In this document: positions 18,968-28,413 of the stretch, piece by piece
Layout: every line of letters starts with the position of its first letter
Position numbering within the stretch: position 1 is the stretch's first letter
IMG/VR virus record: IMGVR_UViG_3300048851_000225
Coordinates: 1 to 52,143 of that record
Source: a virus
Lineage: Duplodnaviria; Caudoviricetes
Direction: 5' to 3' (one strand)
Length of the DNA: 52,143 nucleotides
Program-made: the position numbers and the translations under genes
Notes under the pieces: generated by a model
Databases searched by the model: none
What the model was told of the DNA's origin: nothing
The model's input: the letters and a program-made list of their open reading frames with translations, nothing else

Positions 18968-19398
18968 CTCAGGGCCGCCATCGCTCGGTTGACGTACTGC
19001 TGCGCCTCGGCAACCGAGACGCGCACCATGCCGGCCGGAGCCTGCTTGGAGTGGCCTTCGAACTCGATTGGCACGGCATACGGTAGGTTGTTGCTCAGCC
19101 AGGTGATCCCGCCGGCAGCAGAGGCGTCGACCGCAGAAGCGATCTTCGTCAGCACGCCGGCATGATCCGTCGTGTCGAGCCGCGACGTCAGCGGCGCGCC
19201 GGGACTGAATTGCCAGTTCGCACGCAGGCGCCCCCCGACGTAACCTTCCGGCGCCGGGCCCGCCCATGTGTCCGGGTTTCCCACCGGCGTGCGTTCGACG
19301 ACCGCCGTCGCCAGTTCCAGCGTGATCGTGCGCACCACCACGTCCATGTTGGTGCTTGCCTTCGCGGCGAACTTGGCGAGGTCTTGACCGAAACTCAT
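18964..19398 (-). CDS. Tail completion protein (HK97 gp10-like)
   Basis: TPVG..GRLRANWQ..NNLPYA..EFEGHSKQAPAGMVR; start MSFG at 19398. Confidence 0.8.
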   Translation of the reverse strand: MSFGQDLAKFAAKASTNMDVVVRTITLELATAVVERTPVGNPDTWAGPAPEGYVGGRLRANWQFSPGAPLTSRLDTTDHAGVLTKIASAVDASAAGGITWLSNNLPYAVPIEFEGHSKQAPAGMVRVSVAEAQQYVNRAMAALR

Positions 19399-19772
19399 GG
19401 CGCGCCCCGGATCTGGATGATGAACAGCACGTCGACGTCGCCTGGGGCCACCGCTTCGAAGGCGACGACGGTGTAGACGTCGGGGCCGACCGCGATCAGC
19501 TCGCCGGGCTTTGGTCTCGGCAGGCCGACCGCATCGGCGTACACCCGCTGGTCGCCCTGCTGCACGCGGCTGCCGTCGATATCCTTCTGCTCGTAGCCGA
19601 TGCGGACGCCGACGCCGGTGAAGATTTCCGGACCGGCCCCTGGCGACGTGCCCGTCTCCGGGTCGTACTCGCCCGGCTCGCCAGCCCTGGTGATCGACAC
19701 CGACGTGGCCACACCCCGCTCTTTCGCCCGCTGCAGCATCGCCAGCGCGCGCTGTGCGTGCGCGGCGCTCAT
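19395..19772 (-). CDS. Head closure/head-tail adaptor
   Basis: YDPETG, IDGSRVQQGD motifs; position. Confidence 0.75.
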   Translation of the reverse strand: MSAAHAQRALAMLQRAKERGVATSVSITRAGEPGEYDPETGTSPGAGPEIFTGVGVRIGYEQKDIDGSRVQQGDQRVYADAVGLPRPKPGELIAVGPDVYTVVAFEAVAPGDVDVLFIIQIRGAP

Positions 19773-20254
19773 GCTCGTGCCAGCGGAGTGACACCCCAGC
19801 CGCCCTTTTTCACCAGCAGCGGCGCGAGCAGCCCGTCAACGAAGGCGTAACGGGTCTGCCCGCCGTTCACCGGATCCGCATAGTCAGTCTTCAGCGGGCC
19901 GATCGTTTCGGACTTGATCCGCCCCTCGGCCACGACGTCGGCGAACAGCGGGCCGGTCAGCGCGCGCAGGGCAAGCTCGCTCGTTGCATCGGTGACTCTC
20001 TTGAGCGGCCAGCCGAACCCGGTGCGCGGCCACTCCAGCGCCTGGCCGGCCGCGAGCGGCGCGCCCGCGAACGGGTATTCCGGGTTCGAGTCGATGTAGG
20101 CCGTCGCATTACGCAGCGCGACTTCCTTGGCACCTTCCTCGGCCGCCGCCCACGCAGCATTGCCGCGGGCGACATGGTAGGCGTCGGCGCTGGCCACCGA
20201 GACGTAGCTGTCGGCATCCGGCAGGCCGGTACCGTCCTCAACGACCAGCGCCAT
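19769..20254 (-). CDS. Head-tail connector (DnaT-like family)
   Basis: MALVVEDGTG...SYVSVA.ADAY..ARG..W, QALEWPR. Confidence 0.8.
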   Translation of the reverse strand: MALVVEDGTGLPDADSYVSVASADAYHVARGNAAWAAAEEGAKEVALRNATAYIDSNPEYPFAGAPLAAGQALEWPRTGFGWPLKRVTDATSELALRALTGPLFADVVAEGRIKSETIGPLKTDYADPVNGGQTRYAFVDGLLAPLLVKKGGWGVTPLARA

Positions 20255-20256
20255 GA

Positions 20257-20499
20257 TCACGCCGCTCCGTCGAGCAGCGCGGCCAAGTCGGCCTTTTTCG
20301 TCACGCCGTCCGGGATGGCGATGCCCTTTTCTTCGAGCGCCGCCCGGATCTCTTCGACCTTCAGGCCGTCTGACGGCTTTCCTTCGTCGGACTTGCCCGA
20401 CTCGGCGGCACGTCCTTCGGCTTGCTTGCGGATCATGTTGATCTGCGCGAGGGTCAGCTGTTCGCCTTCCTTCGGCAGTTCGATCGTGTCTTTGCTCAT
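20257..20499 (-). CDS. Small protein with HeH/LEM-like C-terminus
   Basis: LKVEEIRAALEEKGI...KKADLAALL. Confidence 0.65.
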   Translation of the reverse strand: MSKDTIELPKEGEQLTLAQINMIRKQAEGRAAESGKSDEGKPSDGLKVEEIRAALEEKGIAIPDGVTKKADLAALLDGAA

Positions 20500-20541
20500 G
20501 GGATTGCTCCAGAGAGGCAGGGGCCGGAGCCCCGCCCAGGC

Positions 20542-21582
20542 TTAGGCGCCCTTGATCTTCAGGAAGGCCAGCGGCACGTTCTTGCGGTCGACCACGCGGT
20601 TCCAGTTGGCCGCCTTGCGCAGGTCGACCAGCAGCGGCGTGAATTCATCCTCGCTGGTCGCGGCGCCGGTGCGGCCGTTCGTGTTGGCGCGCTTGGTGAT
20701 GCTGGCACCGGTGAACTGGAAGCCGAACGGGTGCAGCAGCCAGGTCTTGCGCTCCCACAGCGTTTCGACGCCGCCACCGTTGCCGGCGCGGGCCTGGCGC
20801 TCGACTTCCACCGGCACTTCGGGCGTCCCCTCGCCATAGCCGAACGCGCCGGAGCCGAACAGCACCGCCGTGGTCGTGATGACCGCCGGATCGCCCGAAG
20901 CAGAAGCGGGCATGTCATCGTCGACGATGACGCGCTGGCCCATGAACGTCGGGATCGTCAGCTGGCCTTCGCTGTCGGGGATGTAGTCGATGTCGTCCGC
21001 GTCGACCATCTGCTTGTACGCCAGCGAGTGCACGGCGATGGCCGAGAGCTTGCCGAATGCGTCACCCAGGGTGAACACCGCGGAGGTGAAGGCCTTGCGC
21101 GACCACAGCGCAGCGGACCCGTCGAAGACCATGTCGCCGTTGTCATTGGCGACGTTGTCAGCCAGGACGCCGAGAGCCGACGAGATCACGCGCTTCTGCC
21201 ACTGCTTTTGCCAGTAGGTGCCGAAGCGGTTGCGGATGCGCTGCATCGGGCTGGAACCGGCCAGCTCGGTGACGAGGTCCGCGGCGCTGTAGCCCTGGTT
21301 CAGGTAGGCGATGCGCGCGCGCTGCAGGCCGGAGCCCAGCTTGCCGGGTGCGGCCATGTCGGCCGGATCGTCGTTCGAGGCGTTCGGCTCGACGCTGGCG
21401 TCCAGATCGCGCCAGAACGGAATCTGGATTTCCTGGCCGCCGGTGTCCGCCTTCTGGTCGAGCAGCGGATTGCGGACGACGACGCCCGATTGGAAGAAGG
21501 CGGTGTTTTCCGGCGAGTCGACGGCGGCATAGCCGGCGTAGACCTCGGGGATGACGGCGTCGGAAAGACGGGTAGTTGCCAT
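20542..21582 (-). CDS. Major capsid protein
   Basis: MATTRLSDAVIPEV, IPFWRDL, HPFGFQF; 346 aa after the scaffold gene. Confidence 0.9.
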   Translation of the reverse strand: MATTRLSDAVIPEVYAGYAAVDSPENTAFFQSGVVVRNPLLDQKADTGGQEIQIPFWRDLDASVEPNASNDDPADMAAPGKLGSGLQRARIAYLNQGYSAADLVTELAGSSPMQRIRNRFGTYWQKQWQKRVISSALGVLADNVANDNGDMVFDGSAALWSRKAFTSAVFTLGDAFGKLSAIAVHSLAYKQMVDADDIDYIPDSEGQLTIPTFMGQRVIVDDDMPASASGDPAVITTTAVLFGSGAFGYGEGTPEVPVEVERQARAGNGGGVETLWERKTWLLHPFGFQFTGASITKRANTNGRTGAATSEDEFTPLLVDLRKAANWNRVVDRKNVPLAFLKIKGA

Positions 21583-21588
21583 GGTGGC

Positions 21589-22368
21589 TTATTCCTTTTT
21601 TGCGGTGGCGGCCGCGCGCAGGCGCTTGAACTCTTCGGGATTCTTGTTGAAGAGCGCGACGTGCTCGGCCTCGGTCATTTCGTTGAAGGTCTTGCTTGCC
21701 TTGCCCCCACCGCCAGCTGCGCCGCCGCCCGACGCGCCCGTGCCGCGAAGCAAGGCCGCCTTGTGCGGATAGGCATCCACCAGCAACTCGATCGCTTCCT
21801 CGGTGTCAGCGAGCTCGCCCGGCCGCGCGCGCGAGTAGAGCTTCTCGCCGTTGGCGTCGTAGGCGACGACCCTGCCTCCCTCGACCTTCAACCGGTTCGC
21901 GAAGAGCGCCTGGGCGATCTCCACGCCGGCCGGGCCTTCGGCGGCGAACTTCTCGGCGATGAACTTGGAGCGGGCAAACGCGCCGCCGATCAGATGGCTG
22001 TCGAGTTGGCTTTTCAGCGCCTCGGCTTCCTGCACGACCGGCTTGTACTTGTCCTCGACGGCCTTGATCGCCTCGGACTTGATGCGTTCCACCTCACCGG
22101 CATCGATGAGCTTCTTGTCGTCGTAGTTCTTGACGGTTTCGAGAGCCTTGCGAGCAGCCGCCGGGTCGGTGATGCCTTCGAATGCCTTGAGCGACGATTC
22201 GGCCGTCTCGGCGCGCTCGCGGTGGGATTGCGCTTCGCGGTTCAGCTGGCTGATCTTGCTGACGGCACCGGCGGCGTCGAACGGGACTTCCTTCCCGTCG
22301 TCGTGCACATACACCGGCTTGCCATCGGCCAAGACCACCGCGCCGTTTTCATCGAGTTTGAGTTTCAT
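21589..22368 (-). CDS. Capsid scaffolding protein (DUF6651-like)
   Basis: MKLKLDENG..DGKPVYVHDDGKEV, coiled coil, Gly-rich linker. Confidence 0.85.
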   Translation of the reverse strand: MKLKLDENGAVVLADGKPVYVHDDGKEVPFDAAGAVSKISQLNREAQSHRERAETAESSLKAFEGITDPAAARKALETVKNYDDKKLIDAGEVERIKSEAIKAVEDKYKPVVQEAEALKSQLDSHLIGGAFARSKFIAEKFAAEGPAGVEIAQALFANRLKVEGGRVVAYDANGEKLYSRARPGELADTEEAIELLVDAYPHKAALLRGTGASGGGAAGGGGKASKTFNEMTEAEHVALFNKNPEEFKRLRAAATAKKE

Positions 22369-22381
22369 GGGGTGGGTCTCC

Positions 22382-22442
22382 TGGCCATCCGGCCATAGTT
22401 CGGTGGGCCATCCGGCCCGTCGCGCCCCTCGGCATCCGCCGA
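22382..22442 (-). promoter_or_regulatory. Three GGAU-loop hairpins in the scaffold 5' UTR
   Basis: mRNA TCGGC-GGAT-GCCGA, GGGCC-GGAT-GGCCC, TGGCC-GGAT-GGCCA, then GGAG SD. Confidence 0.7.
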
Positions 22443-22448
22443 TCAGGC

Positions 22449-22514
22449 AAAGAAAAAGCCGCCCGCAGTTGCCTGGGGCGGCTCAGAAAAAAGAAACCCG
22501 GCGCGTGGCCGGGT
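22449..22514 (-). terminator. Two tandem intrinsic terminators
   Basis: ACCCGGC..GCCGGGT-TTCTTTTTT and GCCGCCC..GGGCGGC-TTTTTCTTT. Confidence 0.65.
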
Positions 22515-22519
22515 CGGTA

Positions 22520-22747
22520 TTAGTTGTCGAGGAGAGACTCGGGGTCGAAGTCCCGAAGGTTCTTATCCATGAATTCGAGGCCCGCGATGCTCGCGTGCCG
22601 ATAGGCGGCGCGCAGCACGTCGTGATACGCGCTGAACAGCACGAGCTGGCCAGCCTCCTTGGCGAGGGTCGCTCCGTCCAACGCGGACAGAATCGTCTCC
22701 TCCAAAACTGCTTGGGCCGTGAGCTGCTTCAGCTCTTCATTATTCAT
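22520..22747 (-). CDS. Small acidic protein, candidate MuF immunity protein (75 aa)
   Basis: Start overlaps the muF stop by 8 nt; GGAG.GAGG SD. Confidence 0.55.
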   Translation of the reverse strand: MNNEELKQLTAQAVLEETILSALDGATLAKEAGQLVLFSAYHDVLRAAYRHASIAGLEFMDKNLRDFDPESLLDN

Positions 22748-24080
22748 CGCCTCGCTCCTTCTGCACACGCCGGGCAATCTCAATCAATTCCCGATGTCGC
22801 TGCCTGTCTTTGGGCCACTTCCTTTCGACATACTGAGCGACTTGCTCCGCCGGCATTCCAGCCGGCAGCTTCGAAAACGGGTTGTCGATCCAGCCGCTAT
22901 GGTCCGAAATCTGCTTTTCCAAGCTTCGGATGCTACTCCTCAACTGGGTAGGGGTCGCAGCAATGTACTGCCGATACGAGCCGTGGTGTGTTCCGCCGCC
23001 CTTCGCCTCTTCGAAAGCGCGACCGATTACCTTCGCTCGGACCTCGTCAAGCGTCAGCTCGTTGCCGCGCTGATCCAGCAGGTCCGAGAGAGTGATGCGG
23101 CCCGACTGGTACAACGCTGCCCTACCATCGCCGAGCACCTCGTCCAAGTATCGGCGCGGCTTGGTCTTCAGCCAGTCTTCGAAGGACAGCTTTCCGTCGA
23201 CCGGACCGTCCATCGAGGCGCGTTGGCTGCCGCGGAAACCGCCTACCTCCACGCCGTTGATCACCAGCGGCTTTAGGACCGGCACCTCGACAGACCGGCA
23301 GCCCCAATGCAGATGACCGACGCCGCCCTTGTAGGGGATCGAGTGGCCGACGGGCTTACGTTCGCGATCCCACTGCTTCTGGTCGCGGGCCATGCACTGC
23401 ACCGTCGTGCGGTTGTCTAGTGTGCTGACCTGCCGCACGCCGATGATGATGTCCTCGTTCGCCGTAAACACCTCGCGGCGCGCCTCGTTCGCGACCGACT
23501 GGACGCTGGTGTGCACCAAGCTGCGCGCGTCGCGCCGGCTGATGTCGATCACGCCGGGCACTGCCGGCGAGTCGCCGCGGGCCTGTTGACCGACAAGGTT
23601 GCGAACGATCTGCTCGGTCGTCTCGCCGGCCACAAAACCCTGCCGCGCCGTGCGGGCGAAGTTGTCCTGCATCCGCACCGCCTGGCCCTTCCACCAGTCA
23701 GCGGACGGCGCGCCCATGATGATGTTGTTGGCGTTGGCCGCGCTGAGACGGTTCGGCACCTGCATCAGCGTGATGCCGGCAGCCTCGTTCAGCGCAACCA
23801 CGGCGGCCTCGGCGGCCAGCGGTGCGAAACCCTGCAGCGACGTGATCTGTTCCTCGGCGATTCCACCGAAACCAGCGTCGATGATCTTGTTGATCTCCCG
23901 CAGAAGGGCTTCCCACTCGCTGCGCTTGCTCGGATCTCGCTCGAGGATCAAGGCGCGCAACGCGCGCTGCATCTCGGTGATGCCGATCTGCGCAGAGCGA
24001 TCCAAGCCGGCGGCAAAGCGAATCGCGTCGATCTGCTGGTCGGTCAGAAGCTCCTGCAGGCGCTCGTTAAAGGTCGCCAT
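22740..24080 (-). CDS. MuF/SPP1 gp7-like minor head protein with C-terminal extension
   Basis: STLDNRTTVQC..RD...HWGCRS; about 90 aa beyond the usual LTLDE end. Confidence 0.85.
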   Translation of the reverse strand: MATFNERLQELLTDQQIDAIRFAAGLDRSAQIGITEMQRALRALILERDPSKRSEWEALLREINKIIDAGFGGIAEEQITSLQGFAPLAAEAAVVALNEAAGITLMQVPNRLSAANANNIIMGAPSADWWKGQAVRMQDNFARTARQGFVAGETTEQIVRNLVGQQARGDSPAVPGVIDISRRDARSLVHTSVQSVANEARREVFTANEDIIIGVRQVSTLDNRTTVQCMARDQKQWDRERKPVGHSIPYKGGVGHLHWGCRSVEVPVLKPLVINGVEVGGFRGSQRASMDGPVDGKLSFEDWLKTKPRRYLDEVLGDGRAALYQSGRITLSDLLDQRGNELTLDEVRAKVIGRAFEEAKGGGTHHGSYRQYIAATPTQLRSSIRSLEKQISDHSGWIDNPFSKLPAGMPAEQVAQYVERKWPKDRQRHRELIEIARRVQKERGDE

Positions 24081-25471
24081 TACTCAACGACGACGGGCCG
24101 CACAGGCGGCGCCGGTGGCGTCGCGCTCATGCGGCCCTGCTCGTCCTCCCAGGTTCGATCGCTCGGCACCAGACCGGCACGCTTGGCGGCGTCGAAGACG
24201 GATTCGGCGGAAACCGACCGGCCTTCGATCTTCGTCATAGTCTCAACGCCTTGCACCGACACCGGGCCCAGCGTCAGGTCCGCACCGATCTCGGTATGGC
24301 CGGCTTCGCCCGGAATGTTCATCCACTGCGCCGTGAACACCAGGGCCTGGTCCAGCGCATCCGTCAGCTTTTCGGCCATGGCGGCCAGTTGGCTGACTTC
24401 CTTCGACTGCTCGTCTTCGGCCTGGCTCTCGGACAGGGACAGCACCGTCGCCGTCAGCAACTTGGCGCCGGCCAGCTTCATTTGCTCTTTTAGTTCCTCG
24501 AGCGACTTGTGGCCGGCCTCGATCGCTGCCCCCGTGTGCTCGACGTATTTCATGTCGCCCGATTCGGGCACATCGATTAGCGAGCCGCTGATCTGCATCG
24601 GCATCGGCTTCCCGGTTTCCGGGTCCAGCTGCGGTTCGGCGCCCTTACGCAGCAGCAGCGGCACGCGCGCGGTGTGCAGGATCGTGTCCTGATCGCTCTG
24701 GCTCTGCCAGTGCTTCACGTTCAGGTGCGCCAGTTCGAGCAGCGGCGGCTTGGCGGTCATGAAGCCGGTCCGCCCCGTGTAGACCGTCACGATCGGGATC
24801 TCAGGGACGGTGATCACGATGTCATCCGTCATCGTCCACTCGCCGTTCACCCGGCGGTACAGGCGGCAGCGCCCTGGTTCCAGCACCCGGATTTGCTCGA
24901 CGTCCACGGCACCGAACTCACCGTCGGGCTCGCAGATCACTTCCTGGTACCGGAACTGCGTCAGGCGATGCCGACCGTTGGTCAACTCCGTGCGCCAGCC
25001 AAGCACCTGTTGCGCGCCGATATGCACCCAGTACGGGCGGACGCCCAGGGCTTGCTCGTCGGCCTGCGTCTTCGCGCCTTCGACGCGCGGGTGGTCCACC
25101 AGGATGAACGACAGACCATGGGCCATCGCCAGTTCGAATACATCCGACGCGAATGCGTGCAGGTTGCGACCTGCCATGTCGACGTTCGGGAGCACGCGGT
25201 CCTGAATCTCCGCGGGCACGTCGTCGCCAATCACCAGCGGCTTGCCAAACACGCGGCCAGCCATCGAGGCAACCGTCTCGCTGAACGCCGGGAACAGCGT
25301 CGCCGTGGCGAGTCGCGCGGCATAGGCCTTCTCATCTTCGAGCGGCCACTGCGGCATGCGAACGGTGCCGGCATCGCGCATAGCCGTCGTCCCGCCCATC
25401 AGATCGTCCATGAGCGCCCAATCGGCCTCCATGGCCTGTACAGCCGCGGATTTGGTCGATACGTCGGGCAT
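24080..25471 (-). CDS. Portal protein (DUF4055-like)
   Basis: After TerL; LMGGTTAMR, PPLLELAHLNVKHWQSQSDQ. Confidence 0.9.
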   Translation of the reverse strand: MPDVSTKSAAVQAMEADWALMDDLMGGTTAMRDAGTVRMPQWPLEDEKAYAARLATATLFPAFSETVASMAGRVFGKPLVIGDDVPAEIQDRVLPNVDMAGRNLHAFASDVFELAMAHGLSFILVDHPRVEGAKTQADEQALGVRPYWVHIGAQQVLGWRTELTNGRHRLTQFRYQEVICEPDGEFGAVDVEQIRVLEPGRCRLYRRVNGEWTMTDDIVITVPEIPIVTVYTGRTGFMTAKPPLLELAHLNVKHWQSQSDQDTILHTARVPLLLRKGAEPQLDPETGKPMPMQISGSLIDVPESGDMKYVEHTGAAIEAGHKSLEELKEQMKLAGAKLLTATVLSLSESQAEDEQSKEVSQLAAMAEKLTDALDQALVFTAQWMNIPGEAGHTEIGADLTLGPVSVQGVETMTKIEGRSVSAESVFDAAKRAGLVPSDRTWEDEQGRMSATPPAPPVRPVVVE

Positions 25472-25475
25472 TGGT

Positions 25476-26795
25476 TTACATCCTGAGGGTGGTTTGGGTG
25501 GCGATCCGCTTGATCACTGGCCATTCGACGTCGACGCAGTACCCGATCGCCGTCGTGATGTGCTGGTATTTGTTCTTCTGGTCCTCTTGGAAGGTCGACC
25601 CTTCCTGCAGCTGGACGGTCGCCAGTCCCTTGTCGCACCACTTCGCCGTCGTTGGGTTGACGAACAGCGAGCAGTGACCGTCGGCGGTGCGGATCTTGGC
25701 GCGCACGCCGTTCTGACGGTCCTTGATCGCAGGGTGGGCCGGCTTCACCTTGCGGCGGAAGCTCCACTGGTGAGCGCGTAGCACGCCCTCGATGTCGGTG
25801 TAGTCCGACGCGTGGCCGTGCTTCTCGCCCGCCTGCCCGGCCGGATCGCCGTAGATTAGGACCGTCTTGTTCTTGTGGCCCTTGAACTTCTCGACGAACT
25901 CCAGTGCCGACTGCTTCGACACCGCGCTGGTCAGCACGATCTCGTCGAGCAGATACAGACTCTCGCCCCGGCGCACACCAACCGCCGATGACAGCGGGGT
26001 GTAGTTCTGGTCGTGCATCCACATCAGCTGCTCGTGCGGCTCGATGCGCGCGCTGGTGTGGTTGTCCTTGCCGTAATCCTCGTAGATCCGTCCCGATGCG
26101 CCTTCGAAGCCGGCCTCGTACTCCTGGCGGTACTGCTTCGCCGACATCTGGCGCTTCGCTGCGGCGATCGTCTCGGCTGGCAGGATCTCCGAGCTTTTCC
26201 AGTGGAACAGCGCCCAATCCGGGTCATTCGCCGACTCGGCGTACTGCGCCATGTCGTAGTAGTGGTTCAGGCCGTCCGGCACGCCGATCAGCCAACACCA
26301 CGCGCGATAGGCTGGACGCATGGGATTGAACGTGTCCAGAGCGGGCCGGATGTTTGCCTCCCAGGCTTCGGCCTTGATGTCGGCGATCTCATCGATCACC
26401 CCACCTGACCACAAGATGCCCTCGATCCGCTCTGGCCTGTCCAGGCCGATCAGGTGAATCTCGGTGCCGTTGTTCAAGTAGATGATCAGCTCGGTCTCGG
26501 ACGGCGCCTTGTGCTGCAAGCTGGTCAGACACAACAGCTTCATGTCCGCCCAGTAGATCTTCTTCACCTGGTCGCGCGTCGGCGCCGCGATGAAGTAGCG
26601 CTCGCCAGCGTTCTTCATGCCCATCTTGGCGACGAATCGCTTTGCTCGCTCGGTCTTGCCAGAGCGGCGGCCGGCGGGCACCACGGGGAAGCGCACGCCG
26701 TTGCCGACCGCAGCGATCAGCGCCGACTGCACGGGGTGGTCGATCAGCTTGTACCAACGCGCCAGTTCTCGCTGCGTCAGTAGGCTGATGGTCAT
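25476..26795 (-). CDS. terL: Terminase large subunit
   Basis: Walker A AGRRSGKT, Walker B VIDE, YRQEYEA, nuclease YGDPAG. Confidence 0.95.
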   Translation of the reverse strand: MTISLLTQRELARWYKLIDHPVQSALIAAVGNGVRFPVVPAGRRSGKTERAKRFVAKMGMKNAGERYFIAAPTRDQVKKIYWADMKLLCLTSLQHKAPSETELIIYLNNGTEIHLIGLDRPERIEGILWSGGVIDEIADIKAEAWEANIRPALDTFNPMRPAYRAWCWLIGVPDGLNHYYDMAQYAESANDPDWALFHWKSSEILPAETIAAAKRQMSAKQYRQEYEAGFEGASGRIYEDYGKDNHTSARIEPHEQLMWMHDQNYTPLSSAVGVRRGESLYLLDEIVLTSAVSKQSALEFVEKFKGHKNKTVLIYGDPAGQAGEKHGHASDYTDIEGVLRAHQWSFRRKVKPAHPAIKDRQNGVRAKIRTADGHCSLFVNPTTAKWCDKGLATVQLQEGSTFQEDQKNKYQHITTAIGYCVDVEWPVIKRIATQTTLRM

Positions 26796-27410
26796 CTAGT
26801 CTGGAAGCCTCGCGGCAATCTCTCGAAGCAGCGCAGCGTGGTCGGTCGGCTGCACCAGTTGATTCTCTGCGATCCCGTAGGACTCGCGCTCCAGGGCGAC
26901 CAGCGTCTTCAGCGTCTCGGACAGCTTCTTTAGGCTGTCGATGCGCTGGGCGCTTGAAATCACCTTCATGTACAGGTCGTTGCGCTTGTCCTGGCCCTTG
27001 TCGTCGTCGGCCCGGAGCATCTCGCCCAGTTCGTGGAACAGGTCAATGTTTCCGGTCTCGGCTTCAAGCTCTTCGAGCATCGCCAGCACCAAGCGGCGGA
27101 ACCGCGCGATGTCTGTGCGGTGCGAAAGCTTGATTTCGGCGATCGCTGCGGCGCCGGCCTCGACGACGGTACGCTCATCGACGTTGGCGCGTACCGCGTT
27201 GCGTACTTCCTGTTTGCGTACCAAGTCATCGGCACGCGCCTGGATCTTCGCTTTGAGGTCTCGCGACCAGTCGTCACGCTTGGCGCGCTTGCGGATCGCT
27301 CCCTCGGTGATACCCTGCGATGCCGCGATCTCCCGGATCGATAGCACGCCGGCGCGGTAGTCCGCCTCGATTCGTTCCCAATCCGGCGCGGCCTTGTCGG
27401 TCTGCGCCAT
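26796..27410 (-). CDS. terS: Terminase small subunit
   Basis: PDWERIEADYRAG.LS.REIA...IRKRAKRDDW HTH, upstream of terL. Confidence 0.85.
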   Translation of the reverse strand: MAQTDKAAPDWERIEADYRAGVLSIREIAASQGITEGAIRKRAKRDDWSRDLKAKIQARADDLVRKQEVRNAVRANVDERTVVEAGAAAIAEIKLSHRTDIARFRRLVLAMLEELEAETGNIDLFHELGEMLRADDDKGQDKRNDLYMKVISSAQRIDSLKKLSETLKTLVALERESYGIAENQLVQPTDHAALLREIAARLPD

Positions 27411-27430
27411 GCTTGATTCCTACAGGCAAT

Positions 27431-27453
27431 AAAAAACCGCCCCGTGGGGCGGC
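27431..27453 (-). terminator. Intrinsic terminator
   Basis: CCGCCC-cac-GGGCGG-TTTTTT. Confidence 0.65.
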
Positions 27454-27473
27454 GCTCCGCTCGCTCGATGACT

Positions 27474-27662
27474 TTACGCGAGGGTCAGGGTCGCTGCATC
27501 GAACGTGTGGGACTGCACCTTCTTCCCCTCGAACCAGACGCAGTGGACGCCGTCCTCCGGCCCCATGCCCATGCCCTGCGAGTAGTCGCCGACATCTTCG
27601 ACGGTCATCCGCTCACCGCCACTCTTCAGCATCACCACGTCACCCTTGTTGAATTGAGCCAT
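27474..27662 (-). CDS. YodC/DUF2158 family protein
   Basis: FNKGDVVMLKSGGERMTV..CVWF. Confidence 0.85.
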   Translation of the reverse strand: MAQFNKGDVVMLKSGGERMTVEDVGDYSQGMGMGPEDGVHCVWFEGKKVQSHTFDAATLTLA

Positions 27663-28034
27663 ACCCATTCTCCATTTCTGCCGACATTGGCACAAAGGAA
27701 GCTGGGCACGGTCGAGCGTCATTCAAGTGATGTAAGGGAAATTCCTACAAGCCCATCCGTCGACGCCGCGATCCTCTGCGGCGCTGGGCCCTGCGGTTCG
27801 CGCCTTCCAGCAATGCCGGCGCGGGCGATATATGGAGGTCCGCCGATTTACCCCTCGGCGGCAGGCTGGACCTGTAAGGCGGGGCGTGAAGAGGTTGTGG
27901 GGCCGCGTTGGCGGCGGGCACCGGATCGGAGCCAGCATGTGGTGGTCGCCCCGGCGGGCGGGGTGCTGCGCTGGTCGATTTCGGCGGCTGCTCCCACTGC
28001 AAAACGTCGCGCGCGGCGCTTGGCGGTGGGACGT

Positions 28035-28068
28035 AAAAAAGGCCCGCGGGATCGCTCCGGCGGGCCTT
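28035..28068 (-). terminator. Intrinsic terminator
   Basis: AAGGCCCGC..GCGGGCC-TTTTTT. Confidence 0.7.
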
Positions 28069-28071
28069 GCT

Positions 28072-28287
28072 TCACTCTTCGTGCAACTTCGGTTGTCGCC
28101 ATCGCAACAGGCTGACGTGCTCTTCGCCAAAGTAGCGGCGCGGGTTGCCGCACATGAAGCACGAACACGGCTTCGGCGTATCGACGACCTTCCCGAGTTC
28201 GTGCACGTCGAGGACGCGCGCGAAGTAGTACCGCCGTGCCTTCTTCAGCCTGGCGCGATGCGCACGCCTCACTGCTCGCATTTGCAT
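28072..28287 (-). CDS. Small basic Cys-motif protein, first late gene
   Basis: TPKPCSCFMCGNPRR; AAGGAG SD. Confidence 0.7.
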   Translation of the reverse strand: MQMRAVRRAHRARLKKARRYYFARVLDVHELGKVVDTPKPCSCFMCGNPRRYFGEEHVSLLRWRQPKLHEE

Positions 28288-28317
28288 TCCAAGCTCCTTT
28301 TCAGACGCTGGAGACGC

Positions 28318-28346
28318 AAAAGCCCGCGCAGTTTCCTGGGCGGGCT
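28318..28346 (-). terminator. tR'-like terminator
   Basis: AGCCCGC..GCGGGCT-TTT shortly after the late promoter. Confidence 0.65.
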
Positions 28347-28384
28347 GAGTTTGCTACAGGCGTGACAGTACCGCCTTGACGACG

Positions 28385-28413
28385 ATTATCTGTCAGGCCG
28401 CGACGCGTTGCAA
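28385..28413 (-). promoter_or_regulatory. Late promoter pR'
   Basis: TTGCAA-17 bp-GATAAT overlapping the 3' end of Q. Confidence 0.7.

Noticed and set aside
20422-22398. 658-aa plus-strand ORF and similar long antisense ORFs (10745..11998, 31096..32505, 41329..42663, 50285..51445)
   Set aside because: Shadow frames of clear genes, expected in high-GC DNA
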